The notes under the pieces: generated by a model
Databases searched by the model: none
What the model saw: only the letters and a program-made list of their open reading frames with translations
What the model was told of the DNA's origin: nothing
Assembly: GCA_027923505.1 (NCBI GenBank)
Contig: BROI01000011.1
Location: forward strand, 744,001-808,000
DNA length: 64,000 bases
Source of the DNA: Mayamaea pseudoterrestris
Taxonomy: Eukaryota
Direction of reading: 5' to 3'
Shown: in pieces, positions 47,811 to 60,196 of the stretch
Layout: the number at the start of each line of letters is the position of its first letter
How positions within the stretch are numbered: the stretch's first letter is position 1
Position numbers and translations under genes: made by a program

Positions 47811-48947
47811 ACGTACTGGATGCGGGTAATTATCGTCCCTATAGTCCTGAATAGCGAACAGCCGTAAATATCTGTGCAGTGAGCCTTTGAGCAAAAAGGC
47901 GACATACGGTATATTTCTTCCTTGAGATAATAGATGAAATCCATACACTACGCGCAACTCTCCTTAACTTCTGCAGTCGTAATGATGGCTCCAAGTATGT
48001 CCGACATCATCTCAATCTATACTTCGCGCATTAACTGTGAATGGTACTTTTCAGACGTCTCTCCAAATCTCCAATGTTTTGTTTCCAACTCGACCATGAT
48101 TCTGGACAGTTTTGAATCGCTTCGAGGAAAGATTTGAGCAAATCCTTGACGTGAGTTCTGATCAAGAGAAGGAGAGGGTATTCACGCTGAAGTTGTGGGA
48201 AGATAAACGGAATCAAACATCAAACTGCTGACGCACTGATCACGCACATTTAAATCTTTGTAAGGATTTTGAGCCTACCTTTTGATCATATTCTCTCTCT
48301 GCCCTCATGAGTCCTTCCGAGCTGTCTAGAGCATTGAAACTAGTAGCATATTTGTTATAAGGCAGAGCAAAGATACAAAGGGCAAGATGAAAAGATATGG
48401 TTTAGTGATCGCATTGCAGGTGCATGACTTACACACAGAGTTATTACGTGGCTCTTGGTTGTTTGTGTTGCGTCGTGGCCATAATGTGAGACGCATCGCC
48501 GACTCGAAGTGCGAAGCAGTCGCGTTTTGTACTTCTGCACTATATATTATACTCCCCAAGTATCCCATTTGATTCTTTCAAACTGTCATTTGTGGTTTTT
48601 GTATCAATAGCCCCTTCTTGCAAGCTCAACCTGCAACAACGCGACAGCAACGATAAGATAAGTACCGGACCTGAACAGATCGCACCCAACAGCTCATCAA
48701 CTAACTGTATTATTTCGCAAACAGTACGCACACGCTTCCTTGGCATTCTCGAGTTGTTGGCAGCATTTTCGGATGAAGGCGAAGAATGTCGTGTCATGGG
48801 AACGCGAACGATGACTGCATGCGAACTTGAGGTTTCATTGGCAAAGCAAAACAGACGCCTTTCACCTTTCACCCTTCTCGTCGGGTAGCGATGCTCACTC
48901 CCATAAAACTTCCTTTCAACACTTTATCAAGCAACAACAGTATCGCC

Positions 48948-49304
48948 ATGACCATGAAAGCATTAGCTGATTCAATTCCACGCAAGCCCAGAAGATCCAC
49001 AGAGCCCTGGTGCAATGACAAGGCGCCGCGGCAGCCACAAAGAGCCAGCGAGCTTGCTGCTGCATCCCATGGTGATTGCGGCTGCCCTACCGGAGAGCGA
49101 CAATGTTGCGACTATCCTCCACGCATGCCAAATCGAACGATAGATCACGGCGTCAAACAAAAGGACTCATACGGGAGCTTGCCTCTCAGGCTAATGGGGT
49201 CACTTCCGCCACCTGCGTTCTTAAAGGGAGGATCGATAAGTTTGGATGGGGCCTTCATTGCCGAGTATCAAGACAAAAATACCATCATTGCCCTCTGTGC
49301 ATAG
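48948..49304 (+). CDS. Small hypothetical protein with repeated D-x-x-P-R-x-P-x-R motifs
   Basis: DSIPRKPRR, DKAPRQPQR and DYPPRMPNR occur within ~65 aa. Otherwise unassigned. Confidence 0.4.
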   Translation: MTMKALADSIPRKPRRSTEPWCNDKAPRQPQRASELAAASHGDCGCPTGERQCCDYPPRMPNRTIDHGVKQKDSYGSLPLRLMGSLPPPAFLKGGSISLDGAFIAEYQDKNTIIALCA

Positions 49305-49818
49305 TCTCACTCCTATTTCATACTGAAACTACATATCCATTGCACAATAAAAGTGGGCCAATGGCCAATAGCTATGTCCGTCCACGCTCTAGCTATCGAC
49401 GCAAGTGGTGGCAAGACGCAAGCCAATTCATGAAGATATCACCAAGAGCATATGGGGAGCGGCGTCCAGTTGAAGCATCATTGGCCATCGCAGGATGAAG
49501 AACGGCAAGGTTTCTGCGTATGAAATGTTCCCCTCGAGGCGCTTGATGAGGCCTTTACACCGATTCTCGTATCCTCGACCATCGTCGATAACGTTCCTCA
49601 ATCCCTTTCTTCGTCATCAAGGCGCTTCTTACGGTTGGTCAAGTTTTCTCCTGTACTTGTATCGTTATACATCATCCATTTTAGATTTCTGGCGATTGAG
49701 AAAATTAAGGTTGAGGCGCGCACTGCTAACTTCATAATAATTCTAACATCATTTAATTTATTAGTAACGTATGTCGTTCAAGTCAACTAGGCTTTAAGGT
49801 TGATGCAAGTGCGCGAGA

Positions 49819-52257
49819 TTAGGTGAACCGGATCTTCTTGTTCACTCGCTGTGATTCTTCACCGAGATCGCGCTCTGCTTTCTCGCGGAGCCGAGTAAGC
49901 TCATTTTCTTCATCGTCGGCCGTAGCCCATTCAATCACCAAGTGCCGACCATATAAGTGCGTTCTCGACAGTGCTGTCATTGCGGCTGCTGCTTCTTTCG
50001 GCGTCATATATTCAATGAAACAAAACCCACGGTGTCCGCCGGCAAACTTTTTCGGAAGACGAACCTTTTTTAGTTGCCCAAAAGAGCCAAAAAGCTGCAT
50101 CAATTCTTTGCGGGCGGCCTGAAATGGGACATTCCGAATCATGAGTTTTGCAGACTTCTTCAAAGGTCGAGTATCCGCGCGGTTTGGCTCTGCGACATTT
50201 TTTGAAAGCACCAGCTCCAGCCCATGGCCATCAAGAACAGCGCCTTGCATTTCCTTTATGATCTTGCGGGCAACCTGGTTAGATACGAGCTCAACAAAGC
50301 CGTAGCCCAGTGACATTTCCTTTGCTTCGTTTACTAAAAGGTTGCCACTTTGAGATCTTCTTGTCGGAGCAAGCTTTTTTGGAATCCGTACCGCACGCAC
50401 GTCCCCTGAATATGCCGATAGAAACTCTCGCAGACGCTCTTCCGATGTTGCAAAATTCAAATTTTTGACAAAAATTGTGGATGACGGTCCATCGCTGGCG
50501 TCCTCCATGTCATTCTCCGCTTCTACAACATTCTTGCTCGGCATATCTTCAGCAACATGGCTCTCCTTAGGATCAGCGCTGACAGCCATTAATGGAGCCC
50601 ATTCCAAATACAATGGAACAGACTTGAATCGCTTGTACGCCAAACGTTTAAATGCGGACTTGGCATCGTTCATGTGGATATACTCGACCATTGCAATTGT
50701 GCGTGACGGTGGTAGAAGAATACGCTTTGGCGCTTCGCCCACCGTACCAAATACTTTCAAAAGCTCCGCCTCAGTCGTATCAGCCGGTAAATTCTTAACC
50801 AAGATGCTTGTCTTACTTCGCTTTGCCAAAGTTACCGGCGTAGCATCATCCTTGTCTTCTCTATCTTCCGCACGATGTACTGACACCAAAGCATCCATGT
50901 CAATGCCATGCTCGGCAAAATATTTGCGGTTCTCTTCGATTAGCGCCGTTTCGCCCAGAGCCATTCGAACGGCAGCATCGCCGCCGCTCATTCCATCCTT
51001 GACGTTCAACACGAGAGATTTCCGTAGCCCGAGACGTTCAGCGAGTGTATCAATAACCGCATCGCCTCGAAGGTAACTTGCAGACCAGCCGGTAGTGTTC
51101 TTCATTGCATCTTGTCGCTGCTGCAGCTCCTGCTTCTGCTTGTAATTCATAAAAGATGCGTCGGCAACCGAAGCACCCTGACTTGGGTTGCTTTTCGCCG
51201 GCAAAATGTGTAGCAGGCGGCCTTGAAAATCAATGCCATCCAAATCCCTTAGTGCTTGTTCAGCGTCAGCCGCCGTAGCAAGTGTTACAAAGCCAAAGCC
51301 TTTGCTGTTCTTTAGATCGTCAACCGGCAAATGTACGTCAGTCGGCGAGTAGCTTTCAAAAAGTTTTGTAACATCGTCGCTGGTCGTTACAAAGGGCAAA
51401 TTGCGAAGGAAGAGGCGGCAAGAATCATTGGCTTCGACATTAGTCTCAGTAACACCATCCGCAATAGTGTGATTCTGTATTTCCTTCGTCGCTGCTTGTG
51501 ACTGCTCTGCCCTCAAGCTCGCGGAAGCAGTAGCAGTATCGTTGTTTTCCTTCATTTTTAAACCGTCGTCCTCAGTATCACGATCGTCGAGCTCATCGGT
51601 TTGAACTGTTTTTGATTTCAAAAAGTCCAAGTCTGAAGACTTTTGCGTGTTCGTCGTCAAGGGATCAACTTCGTCCGCGTCTGACGAGCTACTTGACGAG
51701 TCTTCATCGTCGTCACTATCAGAATCTTCTACTAAAGCGCCCTTGGCCTGTGGCTTGTCCGAGCTAACAAATTCGCCGCCGCCGCCACCGTCATCATTCG
51801 CCCATGACTTTTTTGGCTGAGCTTCCAACTTGCCACCGCCCATGACGGCAAGATATTCCAGTTTTCGCTTGTCCGTCTCTGCTTGTTGTTTTTCTTTTCT
51901 CAAATTCTTTTTAGTTTCAGTTTCCTTTTGAGTCTTTTCCTTGGCATGATCCTCGTCCGTCTTGATTGCCGTGTTCTTTGGTGCAACTGCCAACTCGACA
52001 GTGATCCGACTCGTCTGAAGATACGAGCGATTGCACTGATGAATCAAGTCCTGCGCTTCCTGTTCAGTCGATACACCAACAAACGCCATTTGTCGATTCT
52101 GCAAAACTCTGGCATCCGTCACCTTGAGGGTTGGCAGGCGAGCCTTGAGAAAGGACTGAAGCTGACTGCTGGTGAGGTTCTTTGGAAGATTCTTGAGGCA
52201 TAGACGCGTCTTGAGGAGCACGCTTGGCTCCTGCGAAGGTCTAGTCCGCTTCTTCAT
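49819..52257 (-). CDS. MRD1: Multiple-RRM ribosome biogenesis protein (MRD1/RBM19)
   Basis: RRMs at RLCLKNLPK, RLFLRNLPF, ILVKNLP, IFVKNLNF and LMIRNVPFQA. Family motifs AAVRMALGET, LAYKRFKSVPLYLEWAP and THLYGRHLVIEWA. Confidence 0.93.
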   Translation of the reverse strand: MKKRTRPSQEPSVLLKTRLCLKNLPKNLTSSQLQSFLKARLPTLKVTDARVLQNRQMAFVGVSTEQEAQDLIHQCNRSYLQTSRITVELAVAPKNTAIKTDEDHAKEKTQKETETKKNLRKEKQQAETDKRKLEYLAVMGGGKLEAQPKKSWANDDGGGGGEFVSSDKPQAKGALVEDSDSDDDEDSSSSSSDADEVDPLTTNTQKSSDLDFLKSKTVQTDELDDRDTEDDGLKMKENNDTATASASLRAEQSQAATKEIQNHTIADGVTETNVEANDSCRLFLRNLPFVTTSDDVTKLFESYSPTDVHLPVDDLKNSKGFGFVTLATAADAEQALRDLDGIDFQGRLLHILPAKSNPSQGASVADASFMNYKQKQELQQRQDAMKNTTGWSASYLRGDAVIDTLAERLGLRKSLVLNVKDGMSGGDAAVRMALGETALIEENRKYFAEHGIDMDALVSVHRAEDREDKDDATPVTLAKRSKTSILVKNLPADTTEAELLKVFGTVGEAPKRILLPPSRTIAMVEYIHMNDAKSAFKRLAYKRFKSVPLYLEWAPLMAVSADPKESHVAEDMPSKNVVEAENDMEDASDGPSSTIFVKNLNFATSEERLREFLSAYSGDVRAVRIPKKLAPTRRSQSGNLLVNEAKEMSLGYGFVELVSNQVARKIIKEMQGAVLDGHGLELVLSKNVAEPNRADTRPLKKSAKLMIRNVPFQAARKELMQLFGSFGQLKKVRLPKKFAGGHRGFCFIEYMTPKEAAAAMTALSRTHLYGRHLVIEWATADDEENELTRLREKAERDLGEESQRVNKKIRFT

Positions 52258-52935
52258 ATCAATTACAATATTTGTATGAATGCAAAACGTGTTAACAAAG
52301 ATGGCTATGAGTATGCTGCAACAAAAGCTGGCGCTCGTCGCTCGTCGCTGCAATGGCCGAAGGGAAAAACGATTGGGCCGAAGCGGAACGACCGTGCGGA
52401 GGACGGACGCGAGGAGGTCATTGTACTTTAACGAGTACAGTACTCGAAACGCGAAGGTTTCGAAACACCTACGTATCGTCGTAGCGTGAGCTACGAGGGA
52501 ATCTGAAGCGTCATCATGTCAAAGTATTATGACATTGTTTCACAGGGCTTATGATGCTCTGCAATAGCCAACAGCACAAAGGCCCATTGGGAACTTGTTC
52601 TTCTGTCGACGAAGAGTCATTTGGTACACTAGAGATAAGTCATTTTTCTTCTTAAACGCGAAGCCTCACGAATGCAATATTACAATAGCCTAATTAGGAA
52701 TGAAATGACCAGCTAGTTTGGACTATCAAATTTGTGTACACTGCCACTCAGCAAAGTACTGCAACACGTTTTTGGCCTTCCTGGAGGGAAGCGGGTCGTT
52801 CCGCGGAGAATTTTCTGCCCGACTGTCGGACATGCTTCGTTCTACGACCTGGACCATCTGAAAGTGACTGCACACATCGAGACGTTGGACCAAACGCCAA
52901 ACGCCGATTCTGCTTTTCCATTTTGGCGGTGAAAC

Positions 52936-55492
52936 ATGCATCGATTAAGAAGCCACCATGGAGACTTGGTGAATGCACTCTGCTACAGCATATTCGTGCC
53001 AGTTTACGGATACCTCGGCTGGGTGCAGCCTGGGCCTGGCTGTTTGTGGATCAACCTTTGGTTCAACGTCTGTGCCATTTGCTGTTGGGTCAGCTACTTT
53101 ACGGGCAGTGCCTTTGCAAGTCTACTAGCATGTTTGACTATGGCCATTTCCATCATTTGCATGAACTTGTATCAGTGGCCCATTTCAGACGAAGTGGTTG
53201 TTTTTCCGCAGTTTCTGTGGATGCTTCTCATAACCAGCGGGAACATTACACTTTCATTTCGACACAAACTAATAATGGGGGCAATTGCTCTAATGACGAC
53301 AGTGATTGTTGCCACTCTGAGCCCGCTGGTAGAATGGACGGAAAACATGCCGCTGTTGCTCTGCGCTTCCGCCGTGTTTACACTCTTTCACTACTACGCG
53401 GAGCAACATGAAGATAAAAGTCCAAGTGCCAAGACCGCGTCCATTGTCCTTGCAGGGGCACTCGCCTATCACTTTAGCGCGCAACTAGCCAAGATGAGAA
53501 CGACTGAAGGTTACACGGTCGAAGGTGGATACAGTATTCTGCAGGCGGGGTTCTTTGCCAGTGTTGGACTCGCTGCGGCGGGTGCCTTTCAAAAGCAGAT
53601 ATTCGTGACGGATGAACTGGAAGTTATTGTTGCCGAGAGAACCAAGGAAATTGCCAAGCAGGCCAAGGAGCTACACACGGTGGGACTTGCAGTGCAAGCG
53701 AGCGAGACGGCTGTTGCCATTGCCACGTCGGATCAGCGCATCGAATGGTGCAACGCGGCGCTCGAGCGCCTATTCCCGCAGCAAAATCTTATTGGAAAGT
53801 CACTTATGGATTTACTGGGGTCTGCAGAAGTCACGAAAACGTTCAGTCACACTAGTACGAAGCTGACAGAAGTGTTTGTCAAGGATGATCTTTACAGTAT
53901 TGATGTATCGCCCATTCCTCAGCTGGAAGTGACGCTAAATGGAGGAAGTAGCAGCTTGAAGGAAACAGAGCCCCTTCTCGCAACTTTTACGGGAACTCGC
54001 TACCTGGTTGTGCTCAAAGATATCACCGCACAACGAGCTCGGGAGCAAGCGGAGAAGCATGCACAAAAGGAAGCGATGCTTAAGCAAGCAATGATGACAA
54101 GTATGGAGGTACTTAGCCATGAACTTAGAAGCCCACTTCAAGGAATCATGGGTTTAACAAGCATGTTGTTAGACTCTGAAAGTATAACAATCGAAGACGC
54201 AAAGGAAGCCATGTCCATGGTCATGGTATCGAGCCGACTCTTGCTAACACTCATCAACAACTTGCTCGACGTTCGAAAATGTGACGCCAAGCTTATGAAC
54301 GAGTTCCAGCTTTCTAATGTGCCGTTAACTGAATCAATGCGAGACGCGGCTAACTTTTGCAGACCACTCGGGGCAGTCACGAACGTGAGCGTCAATTTGA
54401 GTGTAGATCCAAGCGGCGAGGACGTCTTGGTGCGAATGAACCCAATTCGATTTCAGCAGGTTGTCATCAATCTTGTTAGTAATGCCATAAAGTATACCAA
54501 GCCCGGATCGAATGTCGATATGCATGCTGAAGTCGTGGTGATGAGGGAAGTTCGTCATCTTATGGAAACGGCTCTGTCGTGTGGAATGTCGGCGGCTGAT
54601 GCTGCTCCAATTTCGGATAATGCACGAGTCGCCCTTATTACCGTTAAGGATGCTGGTGCTGGCATTGACACAGCTCATTTAAGCCAGATATTTTCCAAGT
54701 TCTCGCAGAGTCTCGCGCGAGAAGGTGTTTCAAATGTTGTTGGTAATCGAGTTGCACAGCCCACCGGAACAGGGCTCGGTCTAAATCTTTGTCTAAAGTT
54801 TGTCAAACGGATGAAGGGCAATATATTTGTTAGCGAGAATCCTGAGGGTGGTGCATGTTTCTCGTTTTATCTACAATGCTCCCATCAGTCCAGTGATGGG
54901 AAGGATCCCATTCGCTTTCCCGGCGAGAGTGTCTCGGCCTTGTCGCCAGCGCAGTCTCTTCACCGCTCAAGCGCCACGCTTACGCTTGATCCGAATGGTG
55001 CGATTGCCGATTATCGAGTTCTGATAGTGGATGATATTGCTATAAATCTAAAGGTTCTTGACCGCATGCTGTCGAGGATCGGTGTCCATAATGTGCATTG
55101 TGTGGGTTCGGGAGCCAAGGCACTTGAAGTTTTGGAAGTGCAGGAATTTGATCTTGTATTGACGGATATACAAATGCCTGAGATGAGTGGAATTGAATTG
55201 AGCGAACATATACATCGACGAAACGATCTTAGCTGCACGCCCCTGGTCATTGGACTCGTAAGTACGGCTTTGGTGAATCAGTACAGAGTCAAAATTCTAT
55301 TCACAACGTCAATCGTCTTTCTTTATTTTACAGACGGCAGAGACCAGTGAAGGCATACAGCAACGATGTTCAGACTCGGGCATGGTACATCTTTTACATA
55401 AACCCATCACTTCTTCGGAGCTACAGACGTTTTTCCTCGATATTTTATCAGGCAACATACGGAAAGAGACTTACCAAGCACCCATAGCATGA
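52936..55492 (+). CDS. Membrane-bound hybrid sensor histidine kinase (multi-TM, PAS, HisKA, HATPase, receiver), 2 exons
   Basis: Exons 52936-55257 and 55334-55492. H-box SHELRSPLQGI, N-box NLVSNAIKYT, DAGAGI, GTGLGL. Receiver LIVDD..TDIQMP..IGL|TAE..LHKP is completed by exon 2. Confidence 0.92.
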
Positions 55493-55728
55493 GAGGCAAG
55501 CATAGAGAGGCGCATTACAAATTTCCAGTTTATTTGCTTGCTTGCCTACTCACTTTACTCAAAGTGCTTTGCGTAATAGGCGCCGCCGTTTTTGATGCAT
55601 TTAGTAATCACGTTACATACATACGACAAGTATCTTTCGACGCGCATGCGAGAAAATGCAAGCATATTCGTTGACTTTAAATCTAGAGATTTGGCATGCA
55701 TTAAAGCGACGCAACCGACTCCGTGTGG

Positions 55729-57250
55729 TTAGGAATCAGAGCTTGCGAGATCGCTTGCGATGTCGTCGGCAAAGGATGCATTCAATTTCCGTTTCTCCAA
55801 AAGCCAATCCACGTGAGTCAAAAGTCTATCGCCCCCAGTAACGATACCCCAAGTCACTGCTGTGACAAAGCTTGTTCCGCCAATTCCGACAGCTAGCCAC
55901 AATGGCGCAGTCTTGCCCAAAAAATCGGCGGCGAGCGTCGACACGGATAGACCGAAAATACCAAGACACAATCGACGAATTCGTTGCATAGTCCACACTG
56001 ATTGCAGGGGTAATCGTGCATTTTGCACTCGACTTTTCAGCAGTTCTGGTGCTGCATTTGGATCACTGGGACATGGATCTCGTTGCGAAGATGGCGACAC
56101 AAACGTGCTTGGCAGCGACAAATGATCTAGCCCAGTATGATAATATGGCACGGGCAGTGTCAGAAACATGACGCTGATTTCATTATGCTCCAAAGGCTTT
56201 ATCTTATGGCCTGGTTTGAGAACGTCCTCGAGAAGAATGACGTCGCCAGCCGCAAGCGCCAAACTTTCGCCGCTGTTCAGTTCCAACAAACAAGCGTTCA
56301 ATGCTATCATCAGAACAGCGTGTTTTCCATCAGTGCCCGCCCAATAAGTTGAACCGCTAAGAGCGTTGCGAAAATAAGCGTTCTTTATAGGCAATGGCGA
56401 TGTTGTACCTGTAGAAATAAAGAGTAAGACAGTGAGCACCTGCAAACGGAGGTGGCACACATTCTCTTTTTCCATCGCAAGCATCTACTGTGGACGTACT
56501 TCCAGTGACACCGCAGTCCCAGTAAGGTATATGCGGCAGATCAGTACTCAAATGAGCAAGTGTGTCAGTTTGATTAATGTAAACTCGCGCCTTGATGCTG
56601 AATCCGTCTGGCGGAGGGTGCGACGGAACATCGTTTCGTGCCGATTTCGTAAACGGGAGTTTTGGCGCTTCGGAATGATGCGGCATACCCGTTGCGTCGC
56701 TCTTTGTCTTTGTAGCGTTCTCGGCAGAAGCAGTTCCCCACATGCGCTTGTTTTGATCCTTCGTCGCTGCAGTCAATGATGCTGCTGATGAATCTGAACC
56801 ATCATCATCCGTTTCCGCACCAGTCTGGGCGCCGACTTCCGTCTCTGCAACATCATCAAGTCCCCACGGACGCTTGTGCTCATTCTCATTGTTGGCCTCC
56901 TCAATATTTTGCTTTGCAATGCTTTCCTTGTCATCTTCGGAAGGTGATACAGCTTGCGATGACGACGAGGATGCTCCCCATGCCGAGCGCTGTTGGCTGC
57001 CAGCGTCCGGTTGTGATTCATTAGCTTCGGGTTCAACACTTCCCGCCGTTCCATCGTTGATTTTGTTGTGTATGTGCGCAGAGACTCGCGCAAATGGCTT
57101 AATTGGACGGGTTTCGTTTCCCTCCGAAAGCTCGTGCAAAGAGTCGGTCACATGATTGCGATCGCGGCTGCCATCATCTGCTGCATCATCTAGCTCGGAC
57201 TTGGCTTTGCAGCTCCAAATCCAGACAAGCAGCAAAACTAGCGTCTTCAT
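55729..57250 (-). CDS. Signal-peptide protein with disordered N-half, cupin-like segment and two C-terminal TM helices, 2 exons
   Basis: Exons 57250-56500 and 56408-55729 (gtacgt...ctacag) give CGVTG-S-TTSPLPIK. LELNSGESLALAAGDVILLEDVLKPGH resembles a cupin motif 2. Confidence 0.7.
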
Positions 57251-57680
57251 TTCGAATATACAATTTCTTGCACTTGGTAGATTATCGCGTACAAGGCACT
57301 GATTCCACTGGTTCGTGATCGAGGCTATCGTCATGGTGATGGCACGACATGACCGACAGAAACGGATGTCGTAGCGTTTATATAAATCGTGTCGTGACTG
57401 CGGTAGCTGCTCGGATGACGCCGCTTGTACATAGTATAAATCGCACAATGGTGGACTATGGGAAGAAGTTAGAACTTATATATGTTATTGTTAAGGGTGG
57501 TCCACTGGCTGACTGGCTGTTTACTTGCAGTCTGATTGCGGGCGGCAAGATTATGACTCAAGCGTACAAAGACTACTGCAAGGCTTTGGCGATAACTATG
57601 GCAACATCCATGCTTTTTACAAGTAAACGCTAACGCCTTACCAGCAGGCACCATTATACTTTCTCTATCATGATTCCTGC

Positions 57681-59717
57681 TCAAAAACATGAGCCGCCGC
57701 AGCAGTCACACTCGACGGCGCAGTCGACCGAAACAGACTTGAGCATGCCTGTTCGTGTGAGTTCGCATACCTCGGCTGTCATGGTGCCAGCCATCTGATT
57801 GCCCTGCAGACGAAGTCGCTGCAGCGAAGATAAACTTGCCAGAGTTGGTGGTAGAGCTCCAGTTAATAGATTGTTCTCGAGCTGCAGATTCACAAGCTTG
57901 GTAAGGTTGCCCCATTGCGGATGCACTGGACCCGAGAATTGATTGTCATTCATCCACAATTCTTCAAGATTGTTCAGCTTGCAAAAGCCTTTGGGCAAGA
58001 AGCTGTTTATACTGTTCTCTTGTATGTGGATCTTGCGGAGGGCATAGGCTTCCTTCCAGATTGGCATTGGGCCAATGAAATTATTATTATTGAACGATAC
58101 CTCCTCCACGTGTTTCAAAAGGCCAATCGGCGTAGGAAGTGTTCCTACCAATTGATTGTGCTGGAAGTTGATAACGCGCAGATTCTTTAGTCGCTCGAAC
58201 AAGAGGTCTCGCAGCGTGCCGTTGAACATGTTGTGGTCCGCCTCGAGGATTTGCAACGACTGAACATTGTTAAGCTCCACTGGACATTCGCCGGTGAATA
58301 GATTGTTACTGAGGCGCAGGGTTTCCAGTTCCTTTAAAAACCCGATAACGTAAGGGATTGTACCAGTGAGCTTGTTTTCGGATAGGTCAAGCACCGTCAA
58401 CTTTTTGGTGTCCTTTATCTCTGGAAATGGGCCAGTGAGCTCGTTGTTCTGCATCTCAAATATTTTGATATTGAGCATGCGATTTACTTCGGTTGGAATG
58501 GTGCCCCCGAATTTGTTGTTGTTGAATCTGAGCTCACGAATCTGCTCCAGTTGACCCATGTAAGTCGGCAAAGTACCAGTCATGGCGTTGTTGTTTAACA
58601 GCAAGTGTTGCATCTTGAAGATACGAGCAATTTGATAAGGAAACGTGCCCGCCAGCTTGTTATACGCCAAGTCCAGATACGACATGTTATCCAACGCTTT
58701 AAATGATATCGGTAGCGTTCCCATGACTTGGTTGCTGCTCAATTCTAGCGTGATAATGTCGGCATTGTCGTCATATTGCAACAAACTGCTACCGTCTACT
58801 TCTCGCTGCTTGCATTCAACACCGTACCACGTGCAGTAACCCTTTTCGCTAAGCCAATTGTCATGACGAGTCCAGCCAGGGTTTGGAACTCCTTCCGCCA
58901 GATTTGCTTTTTGGTCAAAATCTTGCACGCCCGCTCGCTTCTGAAAGCTGAAATATGAGCCGTAGAAAAAGACGGCTAGGGCGTACCGCTGGAACAGGAA
59001 CGGATCATCAACCCGTAGTCGCATCTGATCGCCGTACGCTATCCAGCGAATGGCGTGGTAGTCGGCGCTATTGGGATCCTGTAACGCGTCCGGATGGCTA
59101 AAGCCTTGGGCGAGAACGAGCTCCTCAATCTGAGTGTGACGCACCGAATTCTTTTGAATCAACACCTTTTCGGGGCGAGCCTTGAAGTAGCTGACAGTTG
59201 TGGCCGTAATGACAACGACGAACAAAATCATAATGAACAAGCCGCATAAAGTGCGATTGCGCTGTACCAAAACGACGCAGTTGGCATAGAGGTTCGTCCC
59301 ACGCGTCTTGGATGTTCGACGTCGCGGCTTCTGGCCAATGTAATCGTCACTCGGGGAAGCATCATACTCGGACCGCACCAGCAAGTTCTTGAACATTGAA
59401 CCGATTTGCTCACGTAGCGTTTTCGGTTCCTGGTAAATGCCAGCGTCATGATCCATCAAGTTGACGCTGGGTCGGATCGTGTCTGGCCGCTCGAATAGCT
59501 GCGTCGTTCGCATCCCCGTTTCTCGTGACTGGAGCAACTGTTGCTGTTGCTGCTGTTGCTGTAGGCGGGCCTCTTCGGTTCGACTACGGAGTTGTGCTTC
59601 GGCTAAAGCAGTGTCAAGTTCCATGGAAGGAATGGTTCCGCTCGCGGCAGCTTCCATAAGTTCCATTTGACGCTGACGAGCGAGCTTGCGCTCATATTGA
59701 GAACGAGCATCAGACAT
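57681..59717 (-). CDS. Type-II membrane leucine-rich-repeat receptor-like protein
   Basis: TM at about aa 158-177. LRR N-cap QRYALAVFFY..WLSEKGYCTWYGVEC, followed by a run of plant-type LxxLxLxxNxLxGxIP repeats and a Cys cap. Confidence 0.92.
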   Translation of the reverse strand: MSDARSQYERKLARQRQMELMEAAASGTIPSMELDTALAEAQLRSRTEEARLQQQQQQQQLLQSRETGMRTTQLFERPDTIRPSVNLMDHDAGIYQEPKTLREQIGSMFKNLLVRSEYDASPSDDYIGQKPRRRTSKTRGTNLYANCVVLVQRNRTLCGLFIMILFVVVITATTVSYFKARPEKVLIQKNSVRHTQIEELVLAQGFSHPDALQDPNSADYHAIRWIAYGDQMRLRVDDPFLFQRYALAVFFYGSYFSFQKRAGVQDFDQKANLAEGVPNPGWTRHDNWLSEKGYCTWYGVECKQREVDGSSLLQYDDNADIITLELSSNQVMGTLPISFKALDNMSYLDLAYNKLAGTFPYQIARIFKMQHLLLNNNAMTGTLPTYMGQLEQIRELRFNNNKFGGTIPTEVNRMLNIKIFEMQNNELTGPFPEIKDTKKLTVLDLSENKLTGTIPYVIGFLKELETLRLSNNLFTGECPVELNNVQSLQILEADHNMFNGTLRDLLFERLKNLRVINFQHNQLVGTLPTPIGLLKHVEEVSFNNNNFIGPMPIWKEAYALRKIHIQENSINSFLPKGFCKLNNLEELWMNDNQFSGPVHPQWGNLTKLVNLQLENNLLTGALPPTLASLSSLQRLRLQGNQMAGTMTAEVCELTRTGMLKSVSVDCAVECDCCGGSCF

Positions 59718-60196
59718 GTTTATTGCTTAATCGTCTAAGTTGTTAGACAGTCTGACAGAACTTTATAGTGCTTGAATGCTGAGGATTCGAGGATTTGATG
59801 GAGGAGTATGTTTCGCTTCCTCGCTAGAAGTGAAACTTGTGCGGCTGGCAGATTCTTCGTCTCACTCTTGTAATTCAACGACCCAGCAAGCTCTTTCCCC
59901 TTTGGTCAAAGAGTTCAACTCTTTTTCGTTTTATCTGTGGGGCCTGCCCGAGCAAGCAGTGAGAAGCAATGGGATCTCGGCGATTCTTGCCGTGACCGAT
60001 TTATGACTTTCGTCGCTTTGCATGACCAAGAATCACCAGTGCGACAGATACTGTGACAAATTGTGTGACGTTGAGTACCGGTTGAAGCTGCTGGTTGCTA
60101 AAAATCCATCGCGCGGATGAAGCTTCCATGCACCATGCACCATGACATTCGAGCCATTTTAGGTCATCCCATCGACCCTTTCCAAAGTATTTGAAT

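Noticed and set aside
47830..48890. Short ORFs between the BCNT gene and the PxxPxR ORF
   Set aside because: No recognisable motifs or consistent splice model. A degraded gene cannot be excluded without a search.
52732..52935. In-frame TGA just upstream of the histidine kinase ATG (second Sec or read-through candidate)
   Set aside because: The upstream frame starts at TTG, has no ATG after the TAG at 52714, shows no redox motif, and I saw no SECIS. Most likely 5' UTR.
52936..53600. Histidine-kinase rhodopsin
   Set aside because: No recognisable helix-3 RYxxW or helix-7 DxxxK retinal-binding motif.
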